64,000 nucleotides of DNA from Candidatus Dormibacter sp. (GTDB lineage Bacteria; Chloroflexota; Dormibacteria; CF-121). Position numbers and translations under genes: made by a program. This document shows, piece after piece, positions 1 through 9,198 of this stretch. The stretch lies in NCBI GenBank assembly GCA_039922495.1, contig JBDTEO010000011.1, forward strand, positions 76,439-140,438. Reading direction: 5' to 3'. Numbering within the stretch: the first letter of the stretch is position 1; every line of letters starts with the position of its first letter. Under the pieces are notes generated by a model. The model saw nothing but the letters and a program-made list of their open reading frames with translations. It did no database searches and was not told the DNA's origin.

Positions 1-863
1 AGCTGGAAGTCGGAATGGTACCCGCTCCGCGTGTAGAGATCGAGCAGCTGGCGGAGGACCGCGGGCAGCTCCGGACGCGGGACGACGAGATCGATCATGC
101 CGTGCAACCAGAGGAACTCGGCGGTCTGGAAGCCCTCTGGGAGCGTTTCATAGGTGGCCTGCTGGATAACGCGAGCCCCGGCGAAGCCGATCATCGCTCC
201 CGGCTCGGCGAGGATGACGTCGGCGAGGGTGGCAAAGCTGGCCGTGACCCCACCCATGGTCGGATCCGTCAGAAGGGAGAAGTAGGGGACGCCGGCTGCC
301 GCTAAGCGGCCGAGGGCGGCCGCCGTCTTGGCCAGCTGCATCAGGGCCAGCATGCCTTCCTGCATCCGGGCGCCACCGGACGCGGACACGATCAAGAGTG
401 GCAGTCGCTTGGCCGTGGCCCGCTCGATCCCATTGGTGATCTTCTCGCCGGTGGCGGCGCCCATGCTGCCGCCCATGAAGGCGAAATCCAGGCAGACGAT
501 CACCAGCGGGTGGCCGGCGAGCCTCGCCTCGCCCCAGGTCACGGCCTCGTTGGCGCCGGTCTTGGCGCGGCTTTGCTCGATCCGGGTGACGTACGGTTGG
601 GAGTCTTTGAAGCCCAGGGCATCCCTGGCCGTGATCTCGGAATCCTCCTCGACAAAGGAGTCCGGCCCCACCAGCATCGCGATCCGCTCCTGTGCGCGGA
701 GCCGGAAATGGTACCCGCAGCGATAGCAGACGCCGAGGGCCGCCGTCAGGCGGGCCGGCTCGAGCGCCGTGTCGCAGCGGGCGCAGGTAAGCCGGTCGAC
801 CTCCTCGCCGACGCCTGCCCGAGGGGACGGCAGGGCAACGTAACGCGTCTTAGGACGAAACAC
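1..863 (-). CDS. accD: Acetyl-CoA carboxylase carboxyltransferase beta subunit (3' end runs off the window)
   Basis: Manual translation from GTG at 863: MFRPKTRY...CARC...CYRCGYHFRL (zinc finger), FMGGSMG, SGGARMQEG, GFQTAEF..HGMID. Adjacent to fabH. Absent from the ORF track because it is open to the window edge. Confidence 0.9.
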   Translation of the reverse strand, partial: MFRPKTRYVALPSPRAGVGEEVDRLTCARCDTALEPARLTAALGVCYRCGYHFRLRAQERIAMLVGPDSFVEEDSEITARDALGFKDSQPYVTRIEQSRAKTGANEAVTWGEARLAGHPLVIVCLDFAFMGGSMGAATGEKITNGIERATAKRLPLLIVSASGGARMQEGMLALMQLAKTAAALGRLAAAGVPYFSLLTDPTMGGVTASFATLADVILAEPGAMIGFAGARVIQQATYETLPEGFQTAEFLWLHGMIDLVVPRPELPAVLRQLLDLYTRSGYHSDFQ

Positions 864-866
864 CGC

Positions 867-1850
867 TCAGGCGGCGACCCGTGCCGCGGCCCCCTCCCAT
901 TCGATGACGCACGCGCCCCAGGTGAGTCCGGCGCCGAATCCCACCAGGACGATGTGATCGCCTTCGGCGACGCGGCCGGCCGCGACCGCCTCCTTGAGGG
1001 CCAGCGGGATCGAGGCGGTCGAGGTGTTCCCATATTGCGCGATGTTGTTCGCCATCACGGTCGCGGGGACGCCCAGGCGCTTGCCGGCCGCCTCGATGAT
1101 CCGCGCGTTTGCCTGGTGGGGAACGATCAGCTTGACCGCGCTGAGCGGCACCTGCGCCCGATCGAGGGCGTCAAGCGTCGCCTGGGCCAGGATCTCGGTC
1201 GCGAAGCGGAAGACTTTGCGACCGTCCATCCGGATCTCCGGCCGGCCGGGTCCCTCGGCGGAGTCGGCGCCGGGCGCCACGTAGATAAGGTCGCCGCCGG
1301 TCCCGTCCGATCCGAGCAGGCAGGACTTGATCCCGGCACCGTTGCGGCCGGGGCCCAGCACGATGGCCCCGGCGCCGTCGCCGAAGACCACGCAGGTCCC
1401 TCGATCCTTGAAATTCATGATCTTGGTCAGCGTTTCGGTGCCGAGGACGATCGCTTGCCGGGCCTCGCCCCCGCTGACGAATCGATCCGCAACGCTGAGG
1501 CCGTAGAGAAAACCCGTGCAGGCGGCCTGGACGTCGAAGGCCGGCCCGTGCGCGTGGAGTCGCTCCTGCACCCGGGACGCGACCGACGGAAAGGTCGAGT
1601 CCGGGGTCGAGGTGCTGCAGACGATGAGATCGGTGTCCTCGCCCCGCAGGCCGGCGGCGTCCAGCGCGTCGAGCGCCGCTCCGATCGCGAGATCGGTGCT
1701 GGTTTCGTCGACGGCCGCAATGTGGCGCTCGATGATGCCGGTGCGCTCACGGATCCACGTGTCCGAGGTCTCGACCATCTTTTCCAGGTCGGCGTTGGTC
1801 AGAATCCCGGCCGGGACATAGGTACCGACCGACTTGATGCTGCTGAGCAT
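867..1850 (-). CDS. fabH: 3-oxoacyl-ACP synthase III
   Basis: ETSDTWIRERTGI, AACTGF, FGDGAGA, HQAN and GNTS motifs. ATG at 1850 has a GGGGAG RBS. Confidence 0.95.
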   Translation of the reverse strand: MLSSIKSVGTYVPAGILTNADLEKMVETSDTWIRERTGIIERHIAAVDETSTDLAIGAALDALDAAGLRGEDTDLIVCSTSTPDSTFPSVASRVQERLHAHGPAFDVQAACTGFLYGLSVADRFVSGGEARQAIVLGTETLTKIMNFKDRGTCVVFGDGAGAIVLGPGRNGAGIKSCLLGSDGTGGDLIYVAPGADSAEGPGRPEIRMDGRKVFRFATEILAQATLDALDRAQVPLSAVKLIVPHQANARIIEAAGKRLGVPATVMANNIAQYGNTSTASIPLALKEAVAAGRVAEGDHIVLVGFGAGLTWGACVIEWEGAAARVAA

Positions 1851-1943
1851 GCCACTCCCCGGTCGAAGAATCTGACCAGTATATACCGGCATTCCGGCCG
1901 GAGTTACGGGTCCTTTCCGCCTGTTTTCGAGTTCAAGAGGGGC

Positions 1944-2357
1944 TTACGCCCGGACCACGGTCACCCGGACCTGGCGCTCGCGGGGGCCGTCAAACTCGAG
2001 TACGAAGATCCCCTGCCAGCGGCCGAGCGCCAGGCGGCCCTCGCGCACCGGGACCAGCTGGGAGCTGCCGGCGAGGGTGGCCCGAATGTGCGCCGCGGCA
2101 TTGCCTTCGGCGTGGCGGTACCCCTGCGCCCAGGGAACCAGCCGCTCGAGGGTGGCGAGCAGGTCAGTCAGGACGTCCGGGTCAGCGTTCTCGTTGATGA
2201 AGACGCCGGCCGTCGTGTGCGGGATATAGACCTGGCAGAGGCCGCGCGAAACCCCGCTTCGACCGACCAGGTCCTGAACCCGCTCGCTGATGTCCACGGC
2301 ATCCGCCCGCTGGCGTGTTTGAACCGTCAGGGTATCTAGGGCCGCCTCCGGAGCCAC
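1944..2357 (-). CDS. yjbQ: UPF0047/YjbQ secondary thiamine-phosphate synthase family protein
   Basis: PHTTAG, INENADPDV, YRHAEGNAAAH, LGRWQGI, EFDGPR. GTG at 2357 lies 7 nt below an extended -10 element TGtTACGAT. Confidence 0.9.
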   Translation of the reverse strand: MAPEAALDTLTVQTRQRADAVDISERVQDLVGRSGVSRGLCQVYIPHTTAGVFINENADPDVLTDLLATLERLVPWAQGYRHAEGNAAAHIRATLAGSSQLVPVREGRLALGRWQGIFVLEFDGPRERQVRVTVVRA

Positions 2358-2423
2358 GCACGGCATCGTAACAATGCGCCTTTGATCGCTGTGCCAGCCG
2401 GTGGGCAACCGATAATGGTCCGA

Positions 2424-4430
2424 ATGTCTCGCGACCTCCCGATCGGCAACGGCGCGCTGCTGATCAACTTCGATCGCAACTACCAGCTTCGCGACATCTA
2501 CTATCCGTGGGTCGGCCAGGAGAACCACACGAACGGGGAACAGTGCCGGTTCGGGATCTGGGTCGAGGGCGACTTTAGCTGGCTGGATGATCCGGCCTGG
2601 GAACGCGACCTCGTCTATCAGCCCGACACCAATGTCACGAACGTGACCCTCCGGCACCAACGCCTCAAGGTCGGCGTGACCTTCAACGACACCGTCGACC
2701 TGGGTCGCGACCTGCTGATCCGGCGGGTGCGGGTGCTCAACGATGGGGCCGAGCGGGACATCCGCATCTTCTTTCACTACGACTGGCACATCTACGGCAC
2801 CGATGTGGGGGACACCGTGATGTACTACCCGCCGGTCAAGGGCCTCGTCGCCTACAAAGGCCGCCGCTACTTCGCCGCCTGCGGCCAGGTCGCGGACCGG
2901 GTCGGGCTCGATGCCTATGCTTGCGGCAAGAAAGACGTCGGCGGGGCGCACGGCACCTGGATCGACGCCGAAGACGGCGTGCTGGGCAACAATCCGATCG
3001 AGCAGGGCTCGGTCGACATGACGCTGGCCCTGCACCTCGGGCGGGTGCCGGCGGGGCAGACGGCGACCGCCTACCACTGGCTCATCGCCGCCAAGGATCT
3101 GATCGGGGTCCAGGCGGTCGCGGACGTCGTCGTGCTGCGCACGCCCGAGGCCTTTTTGGAGCGGACGCGTTGCTACTGGATCGCCTGGGTCAACAAGGAA
3201 GAACGGCAATTCGCCGACCTATCCCCAGCCGTCGCCGAGCTCTACCGGCGCAGCCTGCTGATCGTCCGGACCCAGGTGGACAACGGCGGGGCGATCCTTG
3301 CCGCCAACGACTCGGAGATCATCAAGGCCGCGCGCGATACCTACAGCTACATGTGGCCGCGCGATGGGGCCATGGCCGCCTATGCCATGGACCAGGCCGG
3401 ATACCTGGATGTGCCTCGCCGCTTCTTCGAGCTGTGCGCCCGGATCGTGTCGGCGGACGGGTATTTCCGCCACAAGTACACGCCGTCAGGGGAGCCGGGA
3501 AGCAGCTGGCACCCCTGGGTCGACGCCGCCGGCCGGCCCCAGTATCCAATCCAGGAAGACGAGACCGGCATCGTGCTCTTTGCGCTCTGGCAGCATTACG
3601 ACGGCCATCGCGACTTCGAATTCTTCAAGACCTATTACCGGCCGCTGATCATCCTGGCCGGGGATTTCCTCGCGCGCTACGTGGATCCCGTCACCGGGCT
3701 GCCGCAGCCGAGCTACGACCTCTGGGAGGAACGCCGTGGGGTGATGAGCTTCACCGTCGGTGCCGTTTGGGCCGGGCTGCAGGCGGCCGGCAACTTCGCC
3801 CAGCTCTACGGTGAGATCGCACTGGCCGACAAATATCGCCGGGTGGCCGGCGCGATGAAGGTCGCCACCACCACCTGGCTCTTCGACACCGAGCTCAACC
3901 GGTTTCTCCGGCGCATCTACGTCCGCTCTGACGGAACCACGGCCAAGGATCTGACCATCGACTCGAGCGTCTATGGCCTGTTTTACTTCGGCATGCTGTC
4001 CGCGGACGATCCCCAGGTGGTCAGCACCATGGAAGCGGTCTACGACCGGCTCTGGTGCAAGACCGACGTCGGCGGGATCGCGCGTTACGAGAACGACTAC
4101 TACTACCAGGTCAGCCAGGACATCCGGAACGTGCCTGGCAATCCCTGGTTCATCTGCACGATGTGGTACGCGCAGTGGCTGGTCGCGCGGGCCACCACCA
4201 CCGAGGAGCTCCGGCGCGCCCGCGAGATCCTGGACTGGGTCGCCGCCTCGGCGATGGCCAGTGGCGTCCTCTCCGAGCAGCTCGACCCGTACAGCAAGGC
4301 GCCCCTCTCGGTTTCTCCGCTGACCTGGAGCCATGCGACCGTCGTCTTGCTCGTCCACGAGTACGTCATGAAATACAGTGCGCTCGCCGGCGCGCCCGCG
4401 GCCCCCGCCAGAGCCCCAGCCCGGGGATAG
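2424..4430 (+). CDS. Glycoside hydrolase family 15 (glucoamylase-like)
   Basis: MSRDLPIGNG N-terminus; YSYMWPRDG, QEDETG, DLWEER, LSEQ, PLTWSHA motifs. Confidence 0.9.
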   Translation: MSRDLPIGNGALLINFDRNYQLRDIYYPWVGQENHTNGEQCRFGIWVEGDFSWLDDPAWERDLVYQPDTNVTNVTLRHQRLKVGVTFNDTVDLGRDLLIRRVRVLNDGAERDIRIFFHYDWHIYGTDVGDTVMYYPPVKGLVAYKGRRYFAACGQVADRVGLDAYACGKKDVGGAHGTWIDAEDGVLGNNPIEQGSVDMTLALHLGRVPAGQTATAYHWLIAAKDLIGVQAVADVVVLRTPEAFLERTRCYWIAWVNKEERQFADLSPAVAELYRRSLLIVRTQVDNGGAILAANDSEIIKAARDTYSYMWPRDGAMAAYAMDQAGYLDVPRRFFELCARIVSADGYFRHKYTPSGEPGSSWHPWVDAAGRPQYPIQEDETGIVLFALWQHYDGHRDFEFFKTYYRPLIILAGDFLARYVDPVTGLPQPSYDLWEERRGVMSFTVGAVWAGLQAAGNFAQLYGEIALADKYRRVAGAMKVATTTWLFDTELNRFLRRIYVRSDGTTAKDLTIDSSVYGLFYFGMLSADDPQVVSTMEAVYDRLWCKTDVGGIARYENDYYYQVSQDIRNVPGNPWFICTMWYAQWLVARATTTEELRRAREILDWVAASAMASGVLSEQLDPYSKAPLSVSPLTWSHATVVLLVHEYVMKYSALAGAPAAPARAPARG

Positions 4431-4480
4431 GGCGGAGACCCGATGTCTTCGGCCCGCCCTGCTTTGATATTCTCGTCAGC

Positions 4481-4615
4481 GTGCGCGGCGCTATCGAGGC
4501 GATCAAGGCCGACTTCGGCTGCCTGCTCGTCGCCGTGCTGTTCATCGTCATCATGGCGTCGACGGTCATCTTCGCGACCATCCTCACCCCACCCGCGCAT
4601 AATCCTTTCGTGTAA
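4481..4615 (+). CDS. 44-aa single-TM microprotein, first gene of the Rieske/cyt b operon
   Basis: MRGAIEAIKADFGCLLVAVLFIVIMASTVIFATILTPPAHNPFV. Its stop overlaps the Rieske ATG (TAATG). Extended -10 TGaTATTCT lies 7 nt upstream. Confidence 0.7.
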   Translation: MRGAIEAIKADFGCLLVAVLFIVIMASTVIFATILTPPAHNPFV

Positions 4616-5187
4616 TGGCTGCTGGATTTCGGCGCCTGGTCACCGACTCGCGGCAGATGACGCGGCGAAGCTTCTTCGCCATGTTCGGGTGGTTCGCCTT
4701 CCTTGGCGCCAGCGGGGTTGCCCTGGTCCAGAGCGTCCGCTATTTGCAGCCGAACGCGCTGTACGAGGATCCGCCGGCCTTCAAGGCCGACCCGCCCAGT
4801 AGCTACGCGGTCGGTTCGACCACCGTGCTGATCGACAAGCGGGTCGTCATCAACCGAGATCCAAACGGCTTCTACGCGATCAGCCTGATCTGCACCCACC
4901 TTGGCTGCACGCCGCGCTATTTTCCGGACGTGACCAGCGACCTGATCGCCGAGGGCACCCAGATCGCACGAGATCCCGACACGGGACACCTGGCCACCAA
5001 ATCCAACCCGGTGCTGCCCGGCTTCAAGTGCCCATGTCACGGCAGTCGGTACTTTCGGGATTCCGTCAACTTTTACGGACCGGCGCCGCGGCCGATGGAT
5101 CACCTCCACCTCGAAGTCGCCCGCGATGGGAAGCTGTTCATCGATCGATCTATCGTGGTGGATCGGAGTTTCCGGCTGAAGGTTTGA
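4615..5187 (+). CDS. qcrA: Rieske 2Fe-2S subunit of quinol:cytochrome c oxidoreductase
   Basis: Tat motif TRRSFF plus TM helix; CTHLGC and CPCHGS boxes; GPAPRP. Confidence 0.93.
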   Translation: MAAGFRRLVTDSRQMTRRSFFAMFGWFAFLGASGVALVQSVRYLQPNALYEDPPAFKADPPSSYAVGSTTVLIDKRVVINRDPNGFYAISLICTHLGCTPRYFPDVTSDLIAEGTQIARDPDTGHLATKSNPVLPGFKCPCHGSRYFRDSVNFYGPAPRPMDHLHLEVARDGKLFIDRSIVVDRSFRLKV

Positions 5188-5200
5188 TCGGGGAGGGTTC

Positions 5201-5932
5201 ATGAGGGTCATCCGCGCCGCGGTCGACGAGATCTACTCGGTTATCGAACAAATGGTCGGCGCGGTCTTCCGTCACGGCTTGCCGCTGACCGACAAAATCG
5301 CCGCCCGTACGACCCTGACCAACTTTGTCCTCCACATCCACCCGGTCCGGGTCCGGCGCTCCTGGATCCGGATGTCGTACACCCTGTGTCTTGGCGGCCT
5401 CTCGTTCTTCCTCTTCATCGTGCTGACCGTCACGGGGCTGTACCTGATGTTCTATTACGTGCCCTCCACCAACCATGCCTACCAGGACATGCGCGACCTC
5501 CAGTTCGTGGTCACGTTTGGCGGGCTGATCCGCAACATGCACCGCTGGGCGGCACACGCGATGGTCATCACCGTGTGGCTGCACATGGCCCGGGTGTTCC
5601 TGACCGGCGCCTACAAGAAGCCGCGCGAGTTCAACTGGGGCGTGGGAACGCTCCTGCTGCTGATCACGCTCTTGCTCAGCTTCACCGGCTATCTCCTGCC
5701 CTGGGACCAGCTGTCCATCTGGGCCGTCACCGTAGGCACCAACATGGCCAAGTACGCCCCGATCGCCGGTCCCTACACGCGCTACCTGCTGCTTGGCGGC
5801 AAGATCGTGGGGGACAATGGCTTGCTCCGCTTTTATGTCCTCCACGTGGTCGGATTACCCCTGGCGGGATTCCTGCTGATGGTGATTCACTTCTGGCGTG
5901 TCCGCAAAGATGGCTTTAGCGGAGGACTCTGA
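5201..5932 (+). CDS. qcrB: Cytochrome b6-like N-terminal subunit
   Basis: [36 protein letters not shown]; four heme-ligating His. Confidence 0.93.
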   Translation: MRVIRAAVDEIYSVIEQMVGAVFRHGLPLTDKIAARTTLTNFVLHIHPVRVRRSWIRMSYTLCLGGLSFFLFIVLTVTGLYLMFYYVPSTNHAYQDMRDLQFVVTFGGLIRNMHRWAAHAMVITVWLHMARVFLTGAYKKPREFNWGVGTLLLLITLLLSFTGYLLPWDQLSIWAVTVGTNMAKYAPIAGPYTRYLLLGGKIVGDNGLLRFYVLHVVGLPLAGFLLMVIHFWRVRKDGFSGGL

Positions 5933-5934
5933 CC

Positions 5935-6483
5935 CTGGCCACTGACGCCCGCGAACGGATCGAGGCACGGGAGCGAGCCGAGGCGGGGCGGCGGCAGCGG
6001 TCCGACGACGCCCCGGTGGCGATCCGTGACGACAGTGACGACGAGATGATCGTCTCGTTCCCCGAGTTCGTCTTCAAGGAGTTCATCGCCATGGTGGCGA
6101 TGACGGTCTTCCTGCTGCTCGTCTCGATCTTCCTCCAGGCGCCGCTGCTGGGCAAGGCGAACCCGGGCATGACGCCGAACCCCTCCAAAGCCCCGTGGTA
6201 CTTCCTCGGCCTTCAGGAACTGCTCTCCCGGTTCCCGCCCGTGATGGCGGGCGTGGCCTTCCCGACTTTCGTGATCGTGCTGATGATCCTGGTCCCCTTC
6301 CTCGACCGAAACCCGAGCCGGCGGCCGGCCGAGCGGAAGGTGGCGATCATCCTCTTTGCGCTGTACATGACGATCGTGGTCGCCCTGGTGATCATCGGGA
6401 CCTTTTTTCGAGGCCATGAATTCACCTGGGACTGGGGCTGGGTTCTCGGCAACCCGCAGTGTGAGCCGGGCGCGGCGTGTTAG
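5935..6483 (+). CDS. Cytochrome b6/f subunit IV-like protein
   Basis: PNPSKAPWYFLGLQELL (PEWY-equivalent) and PFLDR. Start is uncertain: CTG 5935 behind GGAGG, or GTG 6016. Confidence 0.85.
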   Translation: MATDARERIEARERAEAGRRQRSDDAPVAIRDDSDDEMIVSFPEFVFKEFIAMVAMTVFLLLVSIFLQAPLLGKANPGMTPNPSKAPWYFLGLQELLSRFPPVMAGVAFPTFVIVLMILVPFLDRNPSRRPAERKVAIILFALYMTIVVALVIIGTFFRGHEFTWDWGWVLGNPQCEPGAAC

Positions 6484-7478
6484 GCCGAGCCTTCCTCGTT
6501 GTGAGCGGGCTCTTTCTCGCCCTGCTGGCGTTCGCCTTTTACCAGGACTTCAGCCGGCCATGGCTGCCGATCCAGCAGAAATACGCCCAGCAGTACGGCG
6601 CCGATTTCCCGATCGGGGTGCAGCAGATCTTTCCCAAGGTGCAGGTCAACAGCCAGTTCGTGGTCGAGCGCTGTATCACCTGCCACGTGCCCGACATCGC
6701 CAAGATCGGACCGGTCGAGGCGGCCAAGCGACTCGGTCCCAACCACCCGTCGGCGATCAACGACGCGGTCTTCGCCAAATACGGCCAGGACACCCTGGTC
6801 TGCCGTCCGGCCCCGGCGGTTTCGACGACGGTGGTAGCACCCAGTGCGTCACCGAAGGCGTCACCGAAGGCGTCGGCGAGCGCGTCGCCGAAAGCCTCGG
6901 CTAGCGCCGCTGCCAAGCCCTCCCCGTCCGCCAGCGCCGCCGCCACGGGCAGCGGCGCCGCCTGCCTGAATCCGCAGGCGCAGCCCTACTACGTGCTCGA
7001 CGCCAACGGCAAGGTAGTCACCGACCCGCAGACCAGCAAGCCGCTCGTCGCGCAGCTCACCGGCTTCATCCCGAGCGCTTACAAGGGGCTGGGCATCGAC
7101 GAAACCGGCTGCATCGTCTGTCACAACGGCAATCGCCAGGCCACCACCCAGGCGGGCGCCCACACCAACCTGGTCGTCAACCCATTCGGCGTTTACGACA
7201 AGGCGCCAACGCTGTACGAAAACAGCTGCGCGCAGTGTCACGGCGCGACCGGCGAGGGTGGCAAGGGGCCGCCGCTCAACGACCAGGACCGGCTCGGATT
7301 CTTTAACGACGACTACTATCACCGCTGCATCTACTTCGGCAACCAGGGTGAGGAGCACAAGGGAACGATCATGCCGGCCTGGGGTATTCAGAAACTGTTG
7401 CCGCAGCCCATTAACCAGAACATCAACCTGCTGGTCGACTGGATCCGGATGTGGCAGCAGTACGCGAGTTTGCCATGA
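6477..7478 (+). CDS. Membrane-anchored triheme c-type cytochrome
   Basis: N-terminal TM; CITCH, CIVCH, CAQCH; distal Met in IMPAWG; Ala/Ser/Pro/Lys linker. Confidence 0.88.
   Translation: MLGRAFLVVSGLFLALLAFAFYQDFSRPWLPIQQKYAQQYGADFPIGVQQIFPKVQVNSQFVVERCITCHVPDIAKIGPVEAAKRLGPNHPSAINDAVFAKYGQDTLVCRPAPAVSTTVVAPSASPKASPKASASASPKASASAAAKPSPSASAAATGSGAACLNPQAQPYYVLDANGKVVTDPQTSKPLVAQLTGFIPSAYKGLGIDETGCIVCHNGNRQATTQAGAHTNLVVNPFGVYDKAPTLYENSCAQCHGATGEGGKGPPLNDQDRLGFFNDDYYHRCIYFGNQGEEHKGTIMPAWGIQKLLPQPINQNINLLVDWIRMWQQYASLP
6846..6945 (+). repeat. Low-complexity ASPK/ASAS coding repeat (flexible linker)
   Basis: gcgtcaccgaag twice, then degenerate copies. Confidence 0.7.
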
Positions 7479-7606
7479 GACGGCAGCAGATCAAGGACCT
7501 GATCGGGACGCTGGTGGCCTTCGTCATCCTGATCGGCTTCACCGCGCTGGTGATCGTGGCCGAGAACCTGCTCGACGTCACCAAGGCGCACAAGGCGGGC
7601 GGCTGA
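7475..7606 (+). CDS. 43-aa single-TM microprotein
   Basis: MRRQQIKDLIGTLVAFVILIGFTALVIVAENLLDVTKAHKAGG; ATGA overlap with the cytochrome c stop; GC3-rich codons. Confidence 0.75.
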   Translation: MRRQQIKDLIGTLVAFVILIGFTALVIVAENLLDVTKAHKAGG

Positions 7607-7738
7607 GTGCTGGCGCTGGTCTACCTCCTTAACCTGACGCGAGACCCTGGAGTCGGCGATTTCTTCTTCGTGCTCGTCTGGGCGATTGCGACTCTGCTAC
7701 TCCTTGCCTACTACTGTTACCGGATGTTCCAGCGTTAG
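7607..7738 (+). CDS. 43-aa hydrophobic microprotein
   Basis: MLALVYLLNLTRDPGVGDFFFVLVWAIATLLLLAYYCYRMFQR; GTG directly follows the previous stop. Confidence 0.6.
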   Translation: MLALVYLLNLTRDPGVGDFFFVLVWAIATLLLLAYYCYRMFQR

Positions 7739-7744
7739 CCGCAC

Positions 7745-8140
7745 GTGGTCCAGTCGCATCCGACCCCGATCCTGACTTCCCGCCGCCGCGCCAGCGTCAG
7801 GTTGGCAAGCTGGCTGTCGATCATCCCCGGTCTCGGCCAGGCGTACAACCGGCAGTTCAAGAAGGCCGGGCTCTTCCTGCTCGCAGTGGTCGGGCTCCTT
7901 TACCTCACGCTGAGCATCCCCGGCGCCACGGACCAGGTCATCGTCTGGTGGAAACCACGAGGCAGCACCATGGTCGTGCTCTCGCTGCTGGTTAAGATGC
8001 TGTCGCTCATGGTCTTTATCAGCACCTTCCTCCTGATGCTGACCGTGTGGTACGACGCGATGCACGACGCTCGGGCCACCGCCCAGGAACGCAACGGCAC
8101 CCGCTCGGTAGGTGGTCGTTGGTGGCTCTTCCACCGATGA
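7745..8140 (+). CDS. Membrane protein with IPGLGQxY motif
   Basis: LSIIPGLGQAYNRQFKKA and three hydrophobic segments. Confidence 0.7.
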   Translation: MVQSHPTPILTSRRRASVRLASWLSIIPGLGQAYNRQFKKAGLFLLAVVGLLYLTLSIPGATDQVIVWWKPRGSTMVVLSLLVKMLSLMVFISTFLLMLTVWYDAMHDARATAQERNGTRSVGGRWWLFHR

Positions 8141-8204
8141 GCGCTCGAATCGGGTCCACGCCCGCTTGCGGCGGGCGAGCGGCGATGCCTAGACTGCTGG
8201 GAGG

Positions 8205-9173
8205 ATGATGCCCGCGGTCAATGTCAGCCCGCTGAATTGTGCCGGCCCGAATGCCTGCGCGATCGTCAGTATCTACACGAGCATCTTCTGGATCGCGATG
8301 GCCGTCCTCGTCATCGTCGGGGGCCTCCTCATCTACGCCGCGCTGCGCTTTCGGCGGCGGGACGACATCGAGCCGCCGCAGGTCCACGGCAATACGCGGC
8401 TCGAGATCGTCTGGACCCTGATCCCGGTCCTGATCCTGTCGTTTCTCTTCATCCGCACCACGCTGCGCATGGACTACGTGCGCAACGGCCCGCCGCCGGC
8501 GATGACGGTCAAGGTGACCGGCGTGCAATTCGCCTGGCTCTACACCTACCCGGACAGCCGCGTTCGATCCGATACCCTGGTGATCCCGACCGGCAAACCG
8601 ATCCAGCTGCAAGTCACCAGTAACGACGTCCTCCATTCCTTCTGGGCGCCGCGGCTTGGCGGTCAAATCTACGCCATCCCCGGCCAGCAGAACCACGGCT
8701 GGCTCCAGGCGGATAAACCGGGCTTCTACTACGGCGAGTGCAACGAACTCTGCGGCGTTGGTCACTTTGCGATGCAGGTCAAGGTGCAGGCGATGACGCC
8801 CACCGCCTACCAGGCCTGGTACGCCCAGCGCGTAAAGCAGGCCAGTGGCGGCGGCACGCCCCCGCCCGGCGGTGGACCGGCCACCGCAGCGAAAGTCTCT
8901 GGCATCGCCGCAACCAAGACCGTTGGCGAAACGGACGACTTCAAGTTCGTGCCAACCGCCGACTCGGTCAAGGTCGGCGATGTCGTGCAGTGGGTCAACC
9001 AGGGTTCATCGGCGCACAACGTGACCTTCGGCAATAACCAGGTTCCCAGCTCGGACACGATGAACGGGGGCGACAAGTTCGAACTGAAGTTCAGCCAGCC
9101 CGGCACCTATCACTACGTGTGCACCTTCCACACCGCCTTCAACATGCAAGGCACCATCACCGTCACCCCGTGA
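8205..9173 (+). CDS. coxB: Cytochrome c oxidase subunit II with C-terminal type-1 cupredoxin domain
   Basis: HGNTRLEIVWT, DVLHSF, CuA motif CNELCGVGHFAM; extra domain HNVTF...CTFHTAFNM; GGAGG RBS. Confidence 0.93.
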   Translation: MMPAVNVSPLNCAGPNACAIVSIYTSIFWIAMAVLVIVGGLLIYAALRFRRRDDIEPPQVHGNTRLEIVWTLIPVLILSFLFIRTTLRMDYVRNGPPPAMTVKVTGVQFAWLYTYPDSRVRSDTLVIPTGKPIQLQVTSNDVLHSFWAPRLGGQIYAIPGQQNHGWLQADKPGFYYGECNELCGVGHFAMQVKVQAMTPTAYQAWYAQRVKQASGGGTPPPGGGPATAAKVSGIAATKTVGETDDFKFVPTADSVKVGDVVQWVNQGSSAHNVTFGNNQVPSSDTMNGGDKFELKFSQPGTYHYVCTFHTAFNMQGTITVTP

Positions 9174-9198
9174 CGAGTAACAGCGCAAGGAGTTCCTG

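Noticed and set aside
510-2339. 609-aa plus-strand ORF, and similar long ORFs (9787-11256 -, 27683-29635 +, 33418-35253 -, 53690-55306 -, 58521-60182 -)
   Set aside because: Antisense shadows of clear genes, caused by stop-codon scarcity at high GC; no motifs.
6846-6945. Short tandem repeats as a CRISPR-like array
   Set aside because: In-frame coding linker without unique spacers; no cas genes in the window.
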